Position numbers and translations under genes: made by a program. Shown piece after piece: positions 54,504 through 64,000 of a stretch of 64,000 nucleotides of DNA. The stretch lies in contig CAZFHY010000009.1 of NCBI GenBank assembly GCA_964519305.1, positions 75,130 to 139,129 on the forward strand. Direction: 5' to 3'. The notes below the pieces were generated by a model. It saw only the letters and a list, made by a program, of their open reading frames with translations. It was not told the origin of the DNA and did not search any database. Position 1 is the first letter of the stretch. Every line of letters begins with the position of its first letter. The stretch comes from Candidatus Undinarchaeota archaeon. GTDB taxonomy: Archaea; SpSt-1190; JASMDC01.

Positions 54504-55208
54504 CTATAGGTCGTTGTACGCTCGCTGCACCGCTGCAAGATAGGTGTCCAGCTCCGCAAGGAACCGGCCACGACCCAGGTCCATCCCGTTGCGAATGGCC
54601 AGTGCCCGGTGGGCCAGGTGCGCCCGGTCCTTCTCCCGTCTCGCGATCTCCCGGTAGTCGAGGGTAAAGGTGTGGCCGCGCAGTTCCTGCTCCGCCCCCA
54701 CCAGCATAAGGAAGGTCTTGAGGTAGTCGGTGAAGGCGAAGGGAAGATCGTCCCGTTCGGCCGCCTCACGGTGCTCAAGGAGACGGGCCAGGTCGTGCGC
54801 CAGTTCCTCCCGGGCCGTAGCAGGTCGCACGGTGATGTCATCAGGTGCGAGAGGTTCGCCGGCCAGGTGTCGCCAGGAGGAGAATCCGCGCAGGAGTACG
54901 GGGAGGGGGACATACCGTGTGAGAGTACCATGCTGTGGACCGCCTGCCAGCTCGCTCGCGGCGATACCGCGGAAGCGGACCGACACCCCAGCGGACTCGG
55001 ATACCGAGTCGTTGAGCGCTCCTTCGCCTGCGAAATCGTACGTATCCTCCACGATGCCGAAAAGGTCCCAGTCGGACGAGGGAATGCCTGCTCCGATGGC
55101 CCGGCTGCCACCTAAGTAGAGCGAGCGCAGTGAGGCCCCCACCTGCAGGACCGTATCTCGGGAAAGGCGCTCGAGGAACGCGTCGTCGTCCGTCATCTGG
55201 TGGGACAT
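54504..55208 (-). CDS. Nucleotidyltransferase-domain protein
   Basis: LYLGGSRAIG.....SDWDL motif followed by a helical C-terminal domain. Confidence 0.7.
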   Translation of the reverse strand: MSHQMTDDDAFLERLSRDTVLQVGASLRSLYLGGSRAIGAGIPSSDWDLFGIVEDTYDFAGEGALNDSVSESAGVSVRFRGIAASELAGGPQHGTLTRYVPLPVLLRGFSSWRHLAGEPLAPDDITVRPATAREELAHDLARLLEHREAAERDDLPFAFTDYLKTFLMLVGAEQELRGHTFTLDYREIARREKDRAHLAHRALAIRNGMDLGRGRFLAELDTYLAAVQRAYNDL

Positions 55209-55212
55209 ACTC

Positions 55213-56139
55213 CTATTCCTTCTCGGTCACCGCGAGACCGATGCATGTGTCCGCCGCACCGTAGTACACGTATACCCGTTCGCCGTCGTCCACCAGTCCT
55301 TCAGAGAAGGTCACGTTAGGTACCAGTCCACCGGTCTCCCAGGGCTCGGTGGGCTCGATTATGGGATCGTCCGTGCGCTTTATCACACGCCCGGGATCGT
55401 TGCGGTCGAACATCACAACCCCGGTCCGGTGGACCTTGTCGGTGTCCCAGCCGTTGTACACGAGGAGGATGCCTTCGTCTGTCACCACAGGCGTGGCCCC
55501 GGGCTCGACCCCCATGGAATCCCAGCTGCCCTCTCGGGTAACTAGCACCGGCTCGGGCGCCTCTTCCCAGTGTACGAGATCGTCGGAGTAGGCAACGCCG
55601 ATAGCGGTGTGCCATGGCTCGCTCTCTCCAAGGAAGTACATCACGTAGCGCCCGTCCACCTTCTCAGGTACTATGACCGCTGCCTTCTTGTTGCCTCGGT
55701 CCCAGTCCTCGGTACTCTCGGTGAGCACCGGGCCTAGCTTATCCCAGGAACGGAGGTCGGTCGACGTGGCCAGGCAGATGTGTGACGTCCCGTAGGTGGG
55801 ATTGATACCGACGTACGCGAGGACGTAGGTGTCGTCGATCTTGGCGATGCGCGGGTCCTCCACGCCCTGGAACTCGTAGGGCTGGTCCGGCCGTATCACG
55901 GGCTCCGTTTCCTTGGTGAAGTGCACGCCATCGTCGCTGGTGGCCAGCCCCAGCTGAGCGGTGTAGGGGGTGCGGTCGTCGTATGCACGATAGAGCATGT
56001 AGAAGGTGTCGCCCTCCTTGACAACGGACGGATTGAGCACACCATCACGGTCGAAACCGTCACCCTCCGGGCTCATTATCGGTTCCGCGTACTTCTCCAA
56101 GTGTTGGAGTCGTTCGTATAGTCCTTCGACATGTTCCAT
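55213..56139 (-). CDS. Glycoside hydrolase family 130 (PH1107-like glycosidase/phosphorylase)
   Basis: VLNP.V, MLYRA, GVEDPR, G.VPNV.F, YYGAADT. Confidence 0.88.
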   Translation of the reverse strand: MEHVEGLYERLQHLEKYAEPIMSPEGDGFDRDGVLNPSVVKEGDTFYMLYRAYDDRTPYTAQLGLATSDDGVHFTKETEPVIRPDQPYEFQGVEDPRIAKIDDTYVLAYVGINPTYGTSHICLATSTDLRSWDKLGPVLTESTEDWDRGNKKAAVIVPEKVDGRYVMYFLGESEPWHTAIGVAYSDDLVHWEEAPEPVLVTREGSWDSMGVEPGATPVVTDEGILLVYNGWDTDKVHRTGVVMFDRNDPGRVIKRTDDPIIEPTEPWETGGLVPNVTFSEGLVDDGERVYVYYGAADTCIGLAVTEKE

Positions 56140-56233
56140 CCGGTCCGCCCCAACCTGCCAAGGCAGGCGGGTTGGAGGCCCCGGGGCCGGTTTATATGCT
56201 TTGCCCCTCTCGTGGCCGAACCCGTGATAGTGT

Positions 56234-56662
56234 TCAGGCGGAGATCTCGACGACCTTGAGCTTGAAGTTCAGGGCCTTGCCTGCGAGCGGGTGGTTGAGG
56301 TCGATCTTGACCTGCTCCGTTCCTACCTCGAGGATCTTTGCAGGTAACTGGACGCCGTTGGGGAGACCGATCGCGATCATCATCCCGGGCTTCGGTTCCT
56401 CTTCCTTCGGGAACATGTCGCGCGGAACATCCCTGACCTTTTCGGGATCAGGATCACCGTAGGCGTCGTCAGACTTGATCTTGACGTCCTTCTCCTCGTC
56501 CTTCTCCATACCGACAACGGCCTTCTCGAAACCGGGGATGACCCGACCCTCACCGACCTTGAACTCGATAGGACCGTGACCTTCCGAACTGTCGAACACT
56601 GTCCCATCATCGAGGGTTCCTGTGTACTCGACCTTAATCGTGTCGCCTTCTTTGACTGGCAT
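56234..56662 (-). CDS. slyD: FKBP-type peptidyl-prolyl isomerase, SlyD-like
   Basis: YTGTLDDG.VFDSS, IPGFE.A, AYG, DLNHPLAGK.L.F. Confidence 0.92.
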   Translation of the reverse strand: MPVKEGDTIKVEYTGTLDDGTVFDSSEGHGPIEFKVGEGRVIPGFEKAVVGMEKDEEKDVKIKSDDAYGDPDPEKVRDVPRDMFPKEEEPKPGMMIAIGLPNGVQLPAKILEVGTEQVKIDLNHPLAGKALNFKLKVVEISA

Positions 56663-56793
56663 TGTATCAAATCCCACATCAGAAAGAAGAACGGCCCCAA
56701 GGGGACCGGATTCTTTGAAGATGTTGGGCCTCCCGTCAGGGTCATGTTATTAATGCCTTTGCCCGCTCTCGCCTCTTCGGAGGGTGAAAAGGG

Positions 56794-57912
56794 ATGATCG
56801 ATTTCGGCCGTGTAAGGTCCGCCAGGGTGTTCATGTTCGCCATCCTGATGGTGTTCTTCGTCTGGGCGACGTTCCTGCTCCTCCCCTTCTTCGAGCCCGT
56901 GTTCGTGGGCTCGGTCCTCGCCATAGTGTTCTACCCCGTCTTCAAGCGGCTCCATTTGGCCGTCAACTCTCGTCGTCTGGCTTCGTTCGGGACCATCCTC
57001 GTCATGCTCGCTATCTTCTTTTGCATAACCAGCGTGTTCCTCTCATCCCTAGGATCAGCGGTCACGGAGATCGTAAACAACGCGGACGAGAACATCTCCC
57101 TGCTCATGGAGAGGTACGTTAGCATCACCGGAGATCGCGCACTTCTCGAGAAGTACACAGGGGGAACGTTCAGCGAGGATGAGATCGCCAAGCGTGTTCA
57201 GGGCATAGTCGTGGGCAACAAGGGAGTTCTGATCAACTTCTTCGGTGGGATCGTCGGCGCGGTCGGCGACATCGTCCCCACACTCATCGTCATATTCTAC
57301 CTCATCTTCTATGTATACGTGGACGAGGAGAGCATCCTTGATGTCATCCACAACATCATCCCCCTCGATAAGACGAACACCGAGTCGTTCATCGATGAGA
57401 TCTCCAATAACGTTCGAGGTATAGTCATCGGCCAGGGGTTCACCTCGATCGTGTCAGGTCTTGCGGGTGGTCTTGGCCTGTGGCTCTTCGGGTTCAACGG
57501 TGCTGCGTTCTGGGGTTTCGTTATGATGTTCTGTGCCTTCCTCCCCATGGTCGGTACAAACCTGGTATGGATCCCTGCAGGCATAATCGCCCTTGTCTTC
57601 GGCGACTACTTCTCTGGCGGGGGCATCATCATCTGGGGCTTCAGCGTGCAGACCTATGTGGACAATATATTCACGCCTCAGGTCATCGGTCGTTACATGC
57701 GCTGCCACCCTGTGTTCGTTCTCCTCGGAGTGTTCGGTGGCGTCGTGTCATACGGCCTTATCGGTGTGTTCCTCGGTCCCCTGGTACTCGTGACCCTGAT
57801 GACATGCTTCACCTACTACCAGAAGCAATGGCTTGAGGTAGAAGAAGAGGAGGAGCTAGAGTCAGAGGACGAGAAAGAAGATGAAGCGGAGAACGAAGAT
57901 GACGAGGAATGA
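56794..57912 (+). CDS. AI-2E family transporter with acidic C-terminal tail
   Basis: LP.VG..LVWIP, DN...P..IG....HP..VLLGVFGG...G.IG.FLGP. Confidence 0.9.
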   Translation: MIDFGRVRSARVFMFAILMVFFVWATFLLLPFFEPVFVGSVLAIVFYPVFKRLHLAVNSRRLASFGTILVMLAIFFCITSVFLSSLGSAVTEIVNNADENISLLMERYVSITGDRALLEKYTGGTFSEDEIAKRVQGIVVGNKGVLINFFGGIVGAVGDIVPTLIVIFYLIFYVYVDEESILDVIHNIIPLDKTNTESFIDEISNNVRGIVIGQGFTSIVSGLAGGLGLWLFGFNGAAFWGFVMMFCAFLPMVGTNLVWIPAGIIALVFGDYFSGGGIIIWGFSVQTYVDNIFTPQVIGRYMRCHPVFVLLGVFGGVVSYGLIGVFLGPLVLVTLMTCFTYYQKQWLEVEEEEELESEDEKEDEAENEDDEE

Positions 57913-57934
57913 GGTTGTCCACTGACGTTCTTGG

Positions 57935-58034
57935 AGCGTACTATAGTAATATAACGTATACGTAACTCAGTATATGTTAGTATTTACTTTTAATATGAAA
58001 TATTTATTTAGATTCCCGGATATATACATAGTTG
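57935..58034. promoter_or_regulatory. Strongly AT-rich promoter region with palindrome ACGTATACGT
   Basis: About 100 nt far below background GC; several TATA-like words; palindrome at 57954-57963. Confidence 0.5.
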
Positions 58035-58604
58035 ATGTGCAATCGAGACGAAGCCGAACATCGGCTCCTCAGGTTCCTGGAGAAAAGGGGATGTGATGAC
58101 CACTTCAACGAGATCATCGACACCACCGACTCTCTTACCTGCGGTAACGGTTTCTACTCATACCTTCCTGCGGTCACCTATGTGATCCTCCGTGACCGGT
58201 ACGGCATGGTCGTTTCACCGGCCGAGGTCACGAGCGAGGGGCCAGGACAGGCGCGGTTCAAGTTCATACAGAAGGTAAGGCGGGCTTTGGACATATCGAG
58301 GGAGCAGTGCGTTGCATGCGACGCGGCGATCAACGAGACCATCGCGAGCATCTGCCGCGCGCTCTCCCTCACCCATCCGGTACAGAAGGAGGCAGGTCGC
58401 CTCAACGCCACGATCCCGCATTCACAGCGGGCCCAAGTGAGAGAGATGTTCTACTACTGTGCCACCCTGGTCTATCTTGCGGCTGCGAGCTTCGACCATG
58501 TCAGCTCGTCGCGCGAGCTTGCTCATGGTCTTGACATATCCCACAACTACCTGCGCAAGTACGAGCGGTTCATCAGACAGGGGATGGCCGGAGCCGGTAT
58601 CTAG
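58035..58604 (+). CDS. Divergent TFB-core (cyclin-fold)-like protein lacking the Zn ribbon
   Basis: A..Y...R...P.EV; I..IC..L.L...V...A; A..VYLAA; S.RELA..L.IS...LRK spacing mirrors the two TFIIB repeats. Confidence 0.55.
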   Translation: MCNRDEAEHRLLRFLEKRGCDDHFNEIIDTTDSLTCGNGFYSYLPAVTYVILRDRYGMVVSPAEVTSEGPGQARFKFIQKVRRALDISREQCVACDAAINETIASICRALSLTHPVQKEAGRLNATIPHSQRAQVREMFYYCATLVYLAAASFDHVSSSRELAHGLDISHNYLRKYERFIRQGMAGAGI

Positions 58605-61600
58605 TCAAGCAGTCTGACGCTGCAGGTACAGCCACAGTGATGGACGTCCACGCGACAGGCGTCCGTGTCCACCTTCAGCTCGCAAGAAGGTATGCACCCG
58701 TTGCATCTGATCGCTAGTGCGCAATCGCCTACCTCGATGTCCTGAGCGATGTCCACGCGGTCACCCTCCACCGCTTCGTAGCCACCTATGAGCTTGGCAC
58801 TGGGGTGTACGGACGGATCGATATCGCCCTCTGCCCAGACAAGGTCTGCCGTATCCGTTGCCTTCATCTGGAGGATGTAGGTCGCGCCCTCCTGCACCCG
58901 GAAGGGTATGGTATTCACGGTGATGTTCGCACCGGGAGCTACACGGCTCACAAGTTCGCTGCCGGTGGCCATCACTGCCTCACCCAGACCGGCCCCTGAA
59001 CCGATCACCTTAAGACCGAGGTTGCCGCTGAATGGGATGCGTGCCATGTTACGCATGACAACGCGCGCGAAAACACGGCCGCCCGGCTCCACGTTAACCA
59101 CCGAGGCATCCCCTGCCAGGAACCTTGCCCCGACGGCCTCCAGACGCGGGAGCACGACCTCGGCGTAGGCATCCGGATAGGAGCGACCGGTAGGTGTGGT
59201 CGCGTCCCGACAGGCATTGGTGAGATGCGGGAGGGCGCAGGCGTCCCTGCCGGTCCCATACACCGTAAGGGGTCCCTGGAACAGGGTGCCGCTCGAGGCC
59301 CGGGCGGTCGCATGGATCCCCAGTACGAGATCGGCCCAGTCGCTGCTGACGACGATCGGATCGGTCTTTAATGAGACTCCGTCCTCTTCGCTCCAAAGTG
59401 TATGGGTCCTGACCGTGCCCTGGAACCGGCCACCAGCGGTGAGGGCTAGCTCCACTTTCACCGGTGAGGTCCTGCTGGAAAGACGCACCTCGCCCACGAC
59501 GCTCATCCCCGGATAGACACGTGTGACCGGTCGACCGTCCACGAGCATCCGCGCCGATACGACCATGGCCTCAGGGGGATGGTCATATGCCCGGATGGGG
59601 CCCATTGCCTGAGCGACCATCACTCCGGTGCGGTCACGCACGGTGATCAGGGCACGAAGGTATGAGCCTACTTGGCCTGCCCCCAGACTTAGCGGCGCGG
59701 TCGTTAAGTCCTTGGAGTCACCAGGGTCCATGGTGGGGATCGCGAGGGTGGTCACGGTGCCTGTCCTGCGTTCTTTGCACGTGCACTCGCACGAGCGGTC
59801 AGAAAGACATTCTCCGCATCTGCACTCGGTCAGCATCAGGAGCGATAGTTCTGCAGTGCCCGACATGGTCGTGATCCCGACGTTCTGGACACGTAATGAG
59901 GCGGTCACGGCCTCTCCGACGATGAGCAGTTCGGCAGGCTCACCGGCCAGGAGCAGGTCAGGCACGAGCTCAACAACAGGAGCGCGTGCCCGGCACATGC
60001 GGGCGCACAGTTCCGGCAGGTCCTCGCCCCGACAGCCGAGAGTGCAGTCGAGCGCTGCAAGGGGAAGGGTGGCGCATGTCTCGATGCATCCCTTCCACAG
60101 GTCCGGGCTCCGGCGGAAGCACTCCCGTTCGCAGGAAATGTCAGCGGCCTCGCACTTCGTTGTACACCGGTCGACCAGGGCCCGGTCACCCCGCGCCATC
60201 TTCTGGCACTCGGTCAGACAGCTGTCCTCCCCGGCGAGGCAGCCCTCGTCAACAGGCACCTCCCTCAATCCCAGACGACAGCACAGACCGGAGGATGACG
60301 AGGTGGTCTGGCACCTGTCATAGGTGAGACCGTAGAGCTCGGCAAGGTCGCAGCTGGCACCACCACTGGCCGCTGCCTTGACACCTCCGAGCGCGTTCGT
60401 TGGGAAGAGCCTCATGCAGCACGCCTCGACGTCAGGACGCGGTCGAGGCACACACCTCTGGAGGGTCCTCCGCCACTCGTCCCCCATCTCACATACACAG
60501 GTCCCGGTCTGAGGATGACAGTGTGAGCGCCGTGTTCGATAGCAATCCATGCAGTGGGTCTCGCAAGGGGCAGCGGGAGGTGGTCGTACGAACGTGTCGT
60601 CCAGGCACTGTGTCTCGTTCACGAAGAGGCTGCGTCCAGAGGCCCTTGTGAACACCTCCAGAAGACGGATCAGGTTGGCCGACCAGGGGTCCACGTTGGC
60701 GTCCCGCACCTGCCGACCGTAGGTCTGCTCTTTGCACAGCTTGAAGGTCGTGCAGAACGCGCTCTCGGCCCGAGAGCTGCCCCCGGCACCGTCAGATGTG
60801 GCGGAGCATGCCTCCACACCGAACTCCTCGCAGCATTCACGAGCCCGCGCCAGTACGTCGTCGCATTCATCGATGCCCTGGTCCTTGCAGAACCGCCATA
60901 CCTTGACCTCGTCCACCACCAGGCGGACCATCGTGGCCGGTCGTGAGAAGTGGTGGGTGGTGACGTCGTCCCTAAGAACAGGGGATGCAAGGGTCGTCAC
61001 ATGTCTGGACACGGCCCGCTGGTATGCGTCGATGTCCATCCCGCCCACCGGCTCCGCAGAGCCGAGCACCATCCCGAGGATTATATCGAGCTCGGCCTGA
61101 GCTTCGCGAGCGGTGTCACCGTCCAGCGCTCCGGCCCGCATGGCCGCCTCCAGCTGCGCCCGCAGCACGCCAAGGCGCTCGAGCACGATAGGGTAGCGTT
61201 CGAGGACGTTCTTTTCCATGAACCTCAGCGCCAGCGCGAGCTCTGCAGCGCCAGCGCAGGGAGCCATCCCCGGATCCTCCGCAAGTAGACAGGCGTCCCG
61301 CAGGTCGATCGTCTTTAACGAGCACTCGTGTACGCCAGTGGGCGATCGATAGCGGTCCACACAGAAGGCGTCGGACGGACACGATGTGGCCACACTGGCA
61401 CATCCTGCCGGGAGCGCTTTCCCGCCGGCATCGGCCGAGCTTGTGCCCAGCGTCGCTACGCCGTATCCGCCACCACCTATGTCACCCACCGATGCCTCGC
61501 ACCTCACACAGTGGGCTGTCAGCGCCAGATGTTCGAGCTTCAGATCTGCGTACAGGTCGGTGTAGAATGCTATGTAGCGCTCGAACGCCCGCTCGACCTC

Positions 61601-61804
61601 GCTGATATAAGCCGCGATATTAGTATGGGTGGCCGGGGGACAGTGGAGTAGGGTCGTGTCCAGGTCCTCAGGCTCACCGGGAACGCTCACGGTACCGGTC
61701 TTCACACCGTGACCGCAGGGACCAGCAATGGCAGGAACGAGGAGGAGCGAGAGGACTAGGGCGATCGTGATCACCGAAGGTCCCCGTAGCCATCCCATTG
61801 ACAT
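58601..61804 (-). CDS. Large secreted Cys-rich protein with C-terminal CARDB/Ig-like beta domains
   Basis: Signal peptide, many CxxxC/CC clusters, V.NVG and V.MRN...FSG beta-sandwich patterns. Confidence 0.75.
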   Translation of the reverse strand: MSMGWLRGPSVITIALVLSLLLVPAIAGPCGHGVKTGTVSVPGEPEDLDTTLLHCPPATHTNIAAYISEVERAFERYIAFYTDLYADLKLEHLALTAHCVRCEASVGDIGGGGYGVATLGTSSADAGGKALPAGCASVATSCPSDAFCVDRYRSPTGVHECSLKTIDLRDACLLAEDPGMAPCAGAAELALALRFMEKNVLERYPIVLERLGVLRAQLEAAMRAGALDGDTAREAQAELDIILGMVLGSAEPVGGMDIDAYQRAVSRHVTTLASPVLRDDVTTHHFSRPATMVRLVVDEVKVWRFCKDQGIDECDDVLARARECCEEFGVEACSATSDGAGGSSRAESAFCTTFKLCKEQTYGRQVRDANVDPWSANLIRLLEVFTRASGRSLFVNETQCLDDTFVRPPPAAPCETHCMDCYRTRRSHCHPQTGTCVCEMGDEWRRTLQRCVPRPRPDVEACCMRLFPTNALGGVKAAASGGASCDLAELYGLTYDRCQTTSSSSGLCCRLGLREVPVDEGCLAGEDSCLTECQKMARGDRALVDRCTTKCEAADISCERECFRRSPDLWKGCIETCATLPLAALDCTLGCRGEDLPELCARMCRARAPVVELVPDLLLAGEPAELLIVGEAVTASLRVQNVGITTMSGTAELSLLMLTECRCGECLSDRSCECTCKERRTGTVTTLAIPTMDPGDSKDLTTAPLSLGAGQVGSYLRALITVRDRTGVMVAQAMGPIRAYDHPPEAMVVSARMLVDGRPVTRVYPGMSVVGEVRLSSRTSPVKVELALTAGGRFQGTVRTHTLWSEEDGVSLKTDPIVVSSDWADLVLGIHATARASSGTLFQGPLTVYGTGRDACALPHLTNACRDATTPTGRSYPDAYAEVVLPRLEAVGARFLAGDASVVNVEPGGRVFARVVMRNMARIPFSGNLGLKVIGSGAGLGEAVMATGSELVSRVAPGANITVNTIPFRVQEGATYILQMKATDTADLVWAEGDIDPSVHPSAKLIGGYEAVEGDRVDIAQDIEVGDCALAIRCNGCIPSCELKVDTDACRVDVHHCGCTCSVRLLD

Positions 61805-61913
61805 ACCACACACTATACCTCTCTGATGCCGTGGAAGTATTATCAAGGTTTCGCCGAGGGGAGGTCGGAAAGGTCACGCTATCAACCATCGTCCGTGTGT
61901 AAAAGAAGGGCTA

Positions 61914-61938
61914 GGCCCCCCGGAAGTACCGGAGGGCC
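61914..61938 (-). terminator. Hairpin followed by a pyrimidine/T tract after the carbamoyltransferase gene
   Basis: Minus strand GGCCCTCCGG-TACTT-CCGGGGGGCC then TAGCCCTTCTTTT. Confidence 0.55.
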
Positions 61939-61961
61939 TGTTTAACGCCTGTCTAACGAAT

Positions 61962-63065
61962 TTACTCTTTCTTGCCCATGATGGCCATCATGAGGGCCTT
62001 CTGGGCGTGGAGGCGGTTGCCGGCCTCGTCGAAGCAGATGGAGGCGGGTCCGTCAATGACCTCGTCGGTCACTTCCTGGCCGCGGTCGGCGGGCAGGCAG
62101 TGCATGTACTTGACGTTCTTGTTGGCAAGGTCCATCTTGGGCTGGTCGCAGATCCACCCGCGGGCACCATCGGCGAGCTTGGTGGCGAGCGCCTTGTCGG
62201 GCGCAGCGCGCGTGTTCCAGGGACCGGGCAGAGCGTCCCGCGGCGTCCAGGCCTTGGGGTAGACGACGTCGGCCCCCTCGAAGGCCTCCTCCATGTTGTC
62301 CGTCTCCTCGAAGGACCCACCGAACTTGTCAGCGTACTCCTTGCATCGGGCGATGATGTTGTCAGGCAGCTCGAAGCCCTTGGGCCGAGCGAACACGACG
62401 TCCATCCCCATCATGGTGGTGTGCAGTACGCACGAGGTGGGGACGGCAAGGGGCTTGAGGCCTCCGGAGAAGGCGTAGCTCATCACGTACTTCTTCTTCT
62501 CATAGTTGCCGTTAAGGTGCTCGTCGATGGCCTGCCAGTCAGCGAGCGCCTGGCACGGATGGAATAGGTCGTCCTCCATGTTGATGAGGGGGACCTTGGC
62601 CCATCGGGCGAACTCCTGGATGACCTTGTGGCCCTTGGCGTACTTCCACTCGATGGCGTCGCCGTAGATGCGGATTGAGATGGCGTTCCCCATCTCTGAG
62701 AGCACGCGCGCGACATCGGCGATGCGCTCGGTCTTATAGGGCACGTCCTCCCCGGGGAGCGCGGGCTTGTAGATGGCCGCGGGGTCCAAGAAGTGGGCAT
62801 GGGCCCCAAGCTGGGTCATCCCCGCCTCGAAGGAGTTGCGTGTCCTCAGCGAGTCGTTGAAGAACAGCATGAAGAGGGTCTGGCGGGTCATGTAGTCATG
62901 AGGGGTCCCGGCCTTGAACTTCTTCTTGATGTCCTTTGCGATCTCTACCAGCAGCTTCCAGTCGTCCACGCTCCAGTTATCATTGATGCGTGGGTCCTTG
63001 TTCTTACCGAGCATCTCCGGCTCAATCCAGTCACGTCCTTCGAAAACACCAACATTGTCAGCCAT
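61962..63065 (-). CDS. Ornithine carbamoyltransferase superfamily enzyme, knotted (YgeW / N-acylornithine type-like)
   Basis: SLRTR, HPCQ.LAD, KPLAVP, HCLP..RG.EV, A.NRLH.QKA. Confidence 0.88.
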   Translation of the reverse strand: MADNVGVFEGRDWIEPEMLGKNKDPRINDNWSVDDWKLLVEIAKDIKKKFKAGTPHDYMTRQTLFMLFFNDSLRTRNSFEAGMTQLGAHAHFLDPAAIYKPALPGEDVPYKTERIADVARVLSEMGNAISIRIYGDAIEWKYAKGHKVIQEFARWAKVPLINMEDDLFHPCQALADWQAIDEHLNGNYEKKKYVMSYAFSGGLKPLAVPTSCVLHTTMMGMDVVFARPKGFELPDNIIARCKEYADKFGGSFEETDNMEEAFEGADVVYPKAWTPRDALPGPWNTRAAPDKALATKLADGARGWICDQPKMDLANKNVKYMHCLPADRGQEVTDEVIDGPASICFDEAGNRLHAQKALMMAIMGKKE

Positions 63066-63178
63066 CTAAAATCACCTTTTGATAAACCCTTCAGAGCGGG
63101 CCAGAGAACTGACTGACATTTTTAAAGGCTTTGGTGATGGGAGCGGACTAATCACCCCATACAATGGGAGCGAGATAT

Positions 63179-63904
63179 TCACTCCATGTATGCACGGGTA
63201 ATGACCACGTCCTCTACGGGAACGTCCCCGTGACCACCCTTTGAGGCGGTCTTCACCGAAGCGATCACGTCAACGACATCCATGCCCTCGACGACCTTGC
63301 CGAACACGGCGTACCCGTGGCCATCGGGGCTCGGGTAGTCCAGCATGGCGTTGTCCTTGTGGTTGATGAAGAATTGGCTGCTTGCACTGTCAGGGGCGCT
63401 GGTACGTGCCATGGCGATGGTCCCCCGGTCGTTCTTGAGGCCGTTCTTCCCCTCGTTCTTGATGGATGCCCGACCAGGCTCCTTGCGCTGCATACCGGGA
63501 AGGAAACCGCCACCCTGTATCATGAAGTCCGGGATCACTCGGTGGAAGATAAGGCCGTCGTAGAATCCTCCCTCGACGTAGGCCACTATGTTCTCGACGG
63601 TGATGGGTGCCTTCTCTCGGTCGAGCTTCACCTTGATCGTGCCCTTGGAGGTATCCAGGACCATGACGTCCTGTGGGCCGGTGGGGACAACGGGGTCTGC
63701 TGTCACGACAGGTGCGGCAGAGGCTTCGGGTGCTACAGGCCCGGATGGCTTCTTTATTGAAGATGCGTCATCCTTTGCTGGAGGTGCGTCCACAGGTCCG
63801 GCCACGGCCCAGAACACGATGGCGAAGGCCACCATGCCGCACAAGGCCGCAAGCACGTTTATCGCATCGTCCGTGGGAGAACGTCGAGAAGTGTTTTCCA
63901 TCAT
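63179..63904 (-). CDS. Membrane-anchored cyclophilin-type peptidyl-prolyl isomerase
   Basis: AP.TVEN, FYDGLIFHRVI..FMIQGGG, GTIAMART..P.SA.SQFFIN, GYAVFGKV. Confidence 0.95.
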   Translation of the reverse strand: MMENTSRRSPTDDAINVLAALCGMVAFAIVFWAVAGPVDAPPAKDDASSIKKPSGPVAPEASAAPVVTADPVVPTGPQDVMVLDTSKGTIKVKLDREKAPITVENIVAYVEGGFYDGLIFHRVIPDFMIQGGGFLPGMQRKEPGRASIKNEGKNGLKNDRGTIAMARTSAPDSASSQFFINHKDNAMLDYPSPDGHGYAVFGKVVEGMDVVDVIASVKTASKGGHGDVPVEDVVITRAYME

Positions 63905-64000
63905 GACCGCCCCCTACCTGTGACGTTTGATTTAAAAAACTGGCCCCCGGGTTTGACAGTTCGTTCTTGAAAGGCTCGTTTTGATAAACGAAGATGAGAT

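Overview
GC-rich archaeal chromosomal segment. The evidence is TFB, Sm/Lsm-L37e, S8e, S17e, archaeal SecD/SecF, two intron-containing tRNAs, TATA-type promoters and GGAGGTGA ribosome-binding sites; the lineage cannot be fixed from this window. No IS element, CRISPR array, prophage or rRNA is visible. Housekeeping genes alternate with accessory modules: (1) a mirror-image cassette at 11.1-14.5 kb with two QueC-like PP-loop ATPases, each paired with a paralogous 'M-x-C-C-G' membrane protein, two paralogous 44-47-aa membrane peptides absent from the ORF track, and a Cys-rich HTH regulator with palindromic sites; (2) an extracytoplasmic thiol-redox/metal locus at 17-24.9 kb around a membrane-anchored HTH regulator flanked by two identical 14-bp palindromes; (3) a sulfur locus with tRNA-Cys, cysK-cysE, an HTH regulator, two cysteine desulfurases and a MOSC protein, sharing a second palindrome; (4) two candidate box C/D guide RNAs, one with guides matching the 16S decoding site and the anti-Shine-Dalgarno end; (5) Cys-rich receptor-like surface proteins, tandem membrane pyrophosphatases, four tandem atypical arginase-fold genes and a truncated TFB-like gene. 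All family calls come from motif recognition by eye, not database searches. Start codons were adjusted by hand where the ORF track over-extends.
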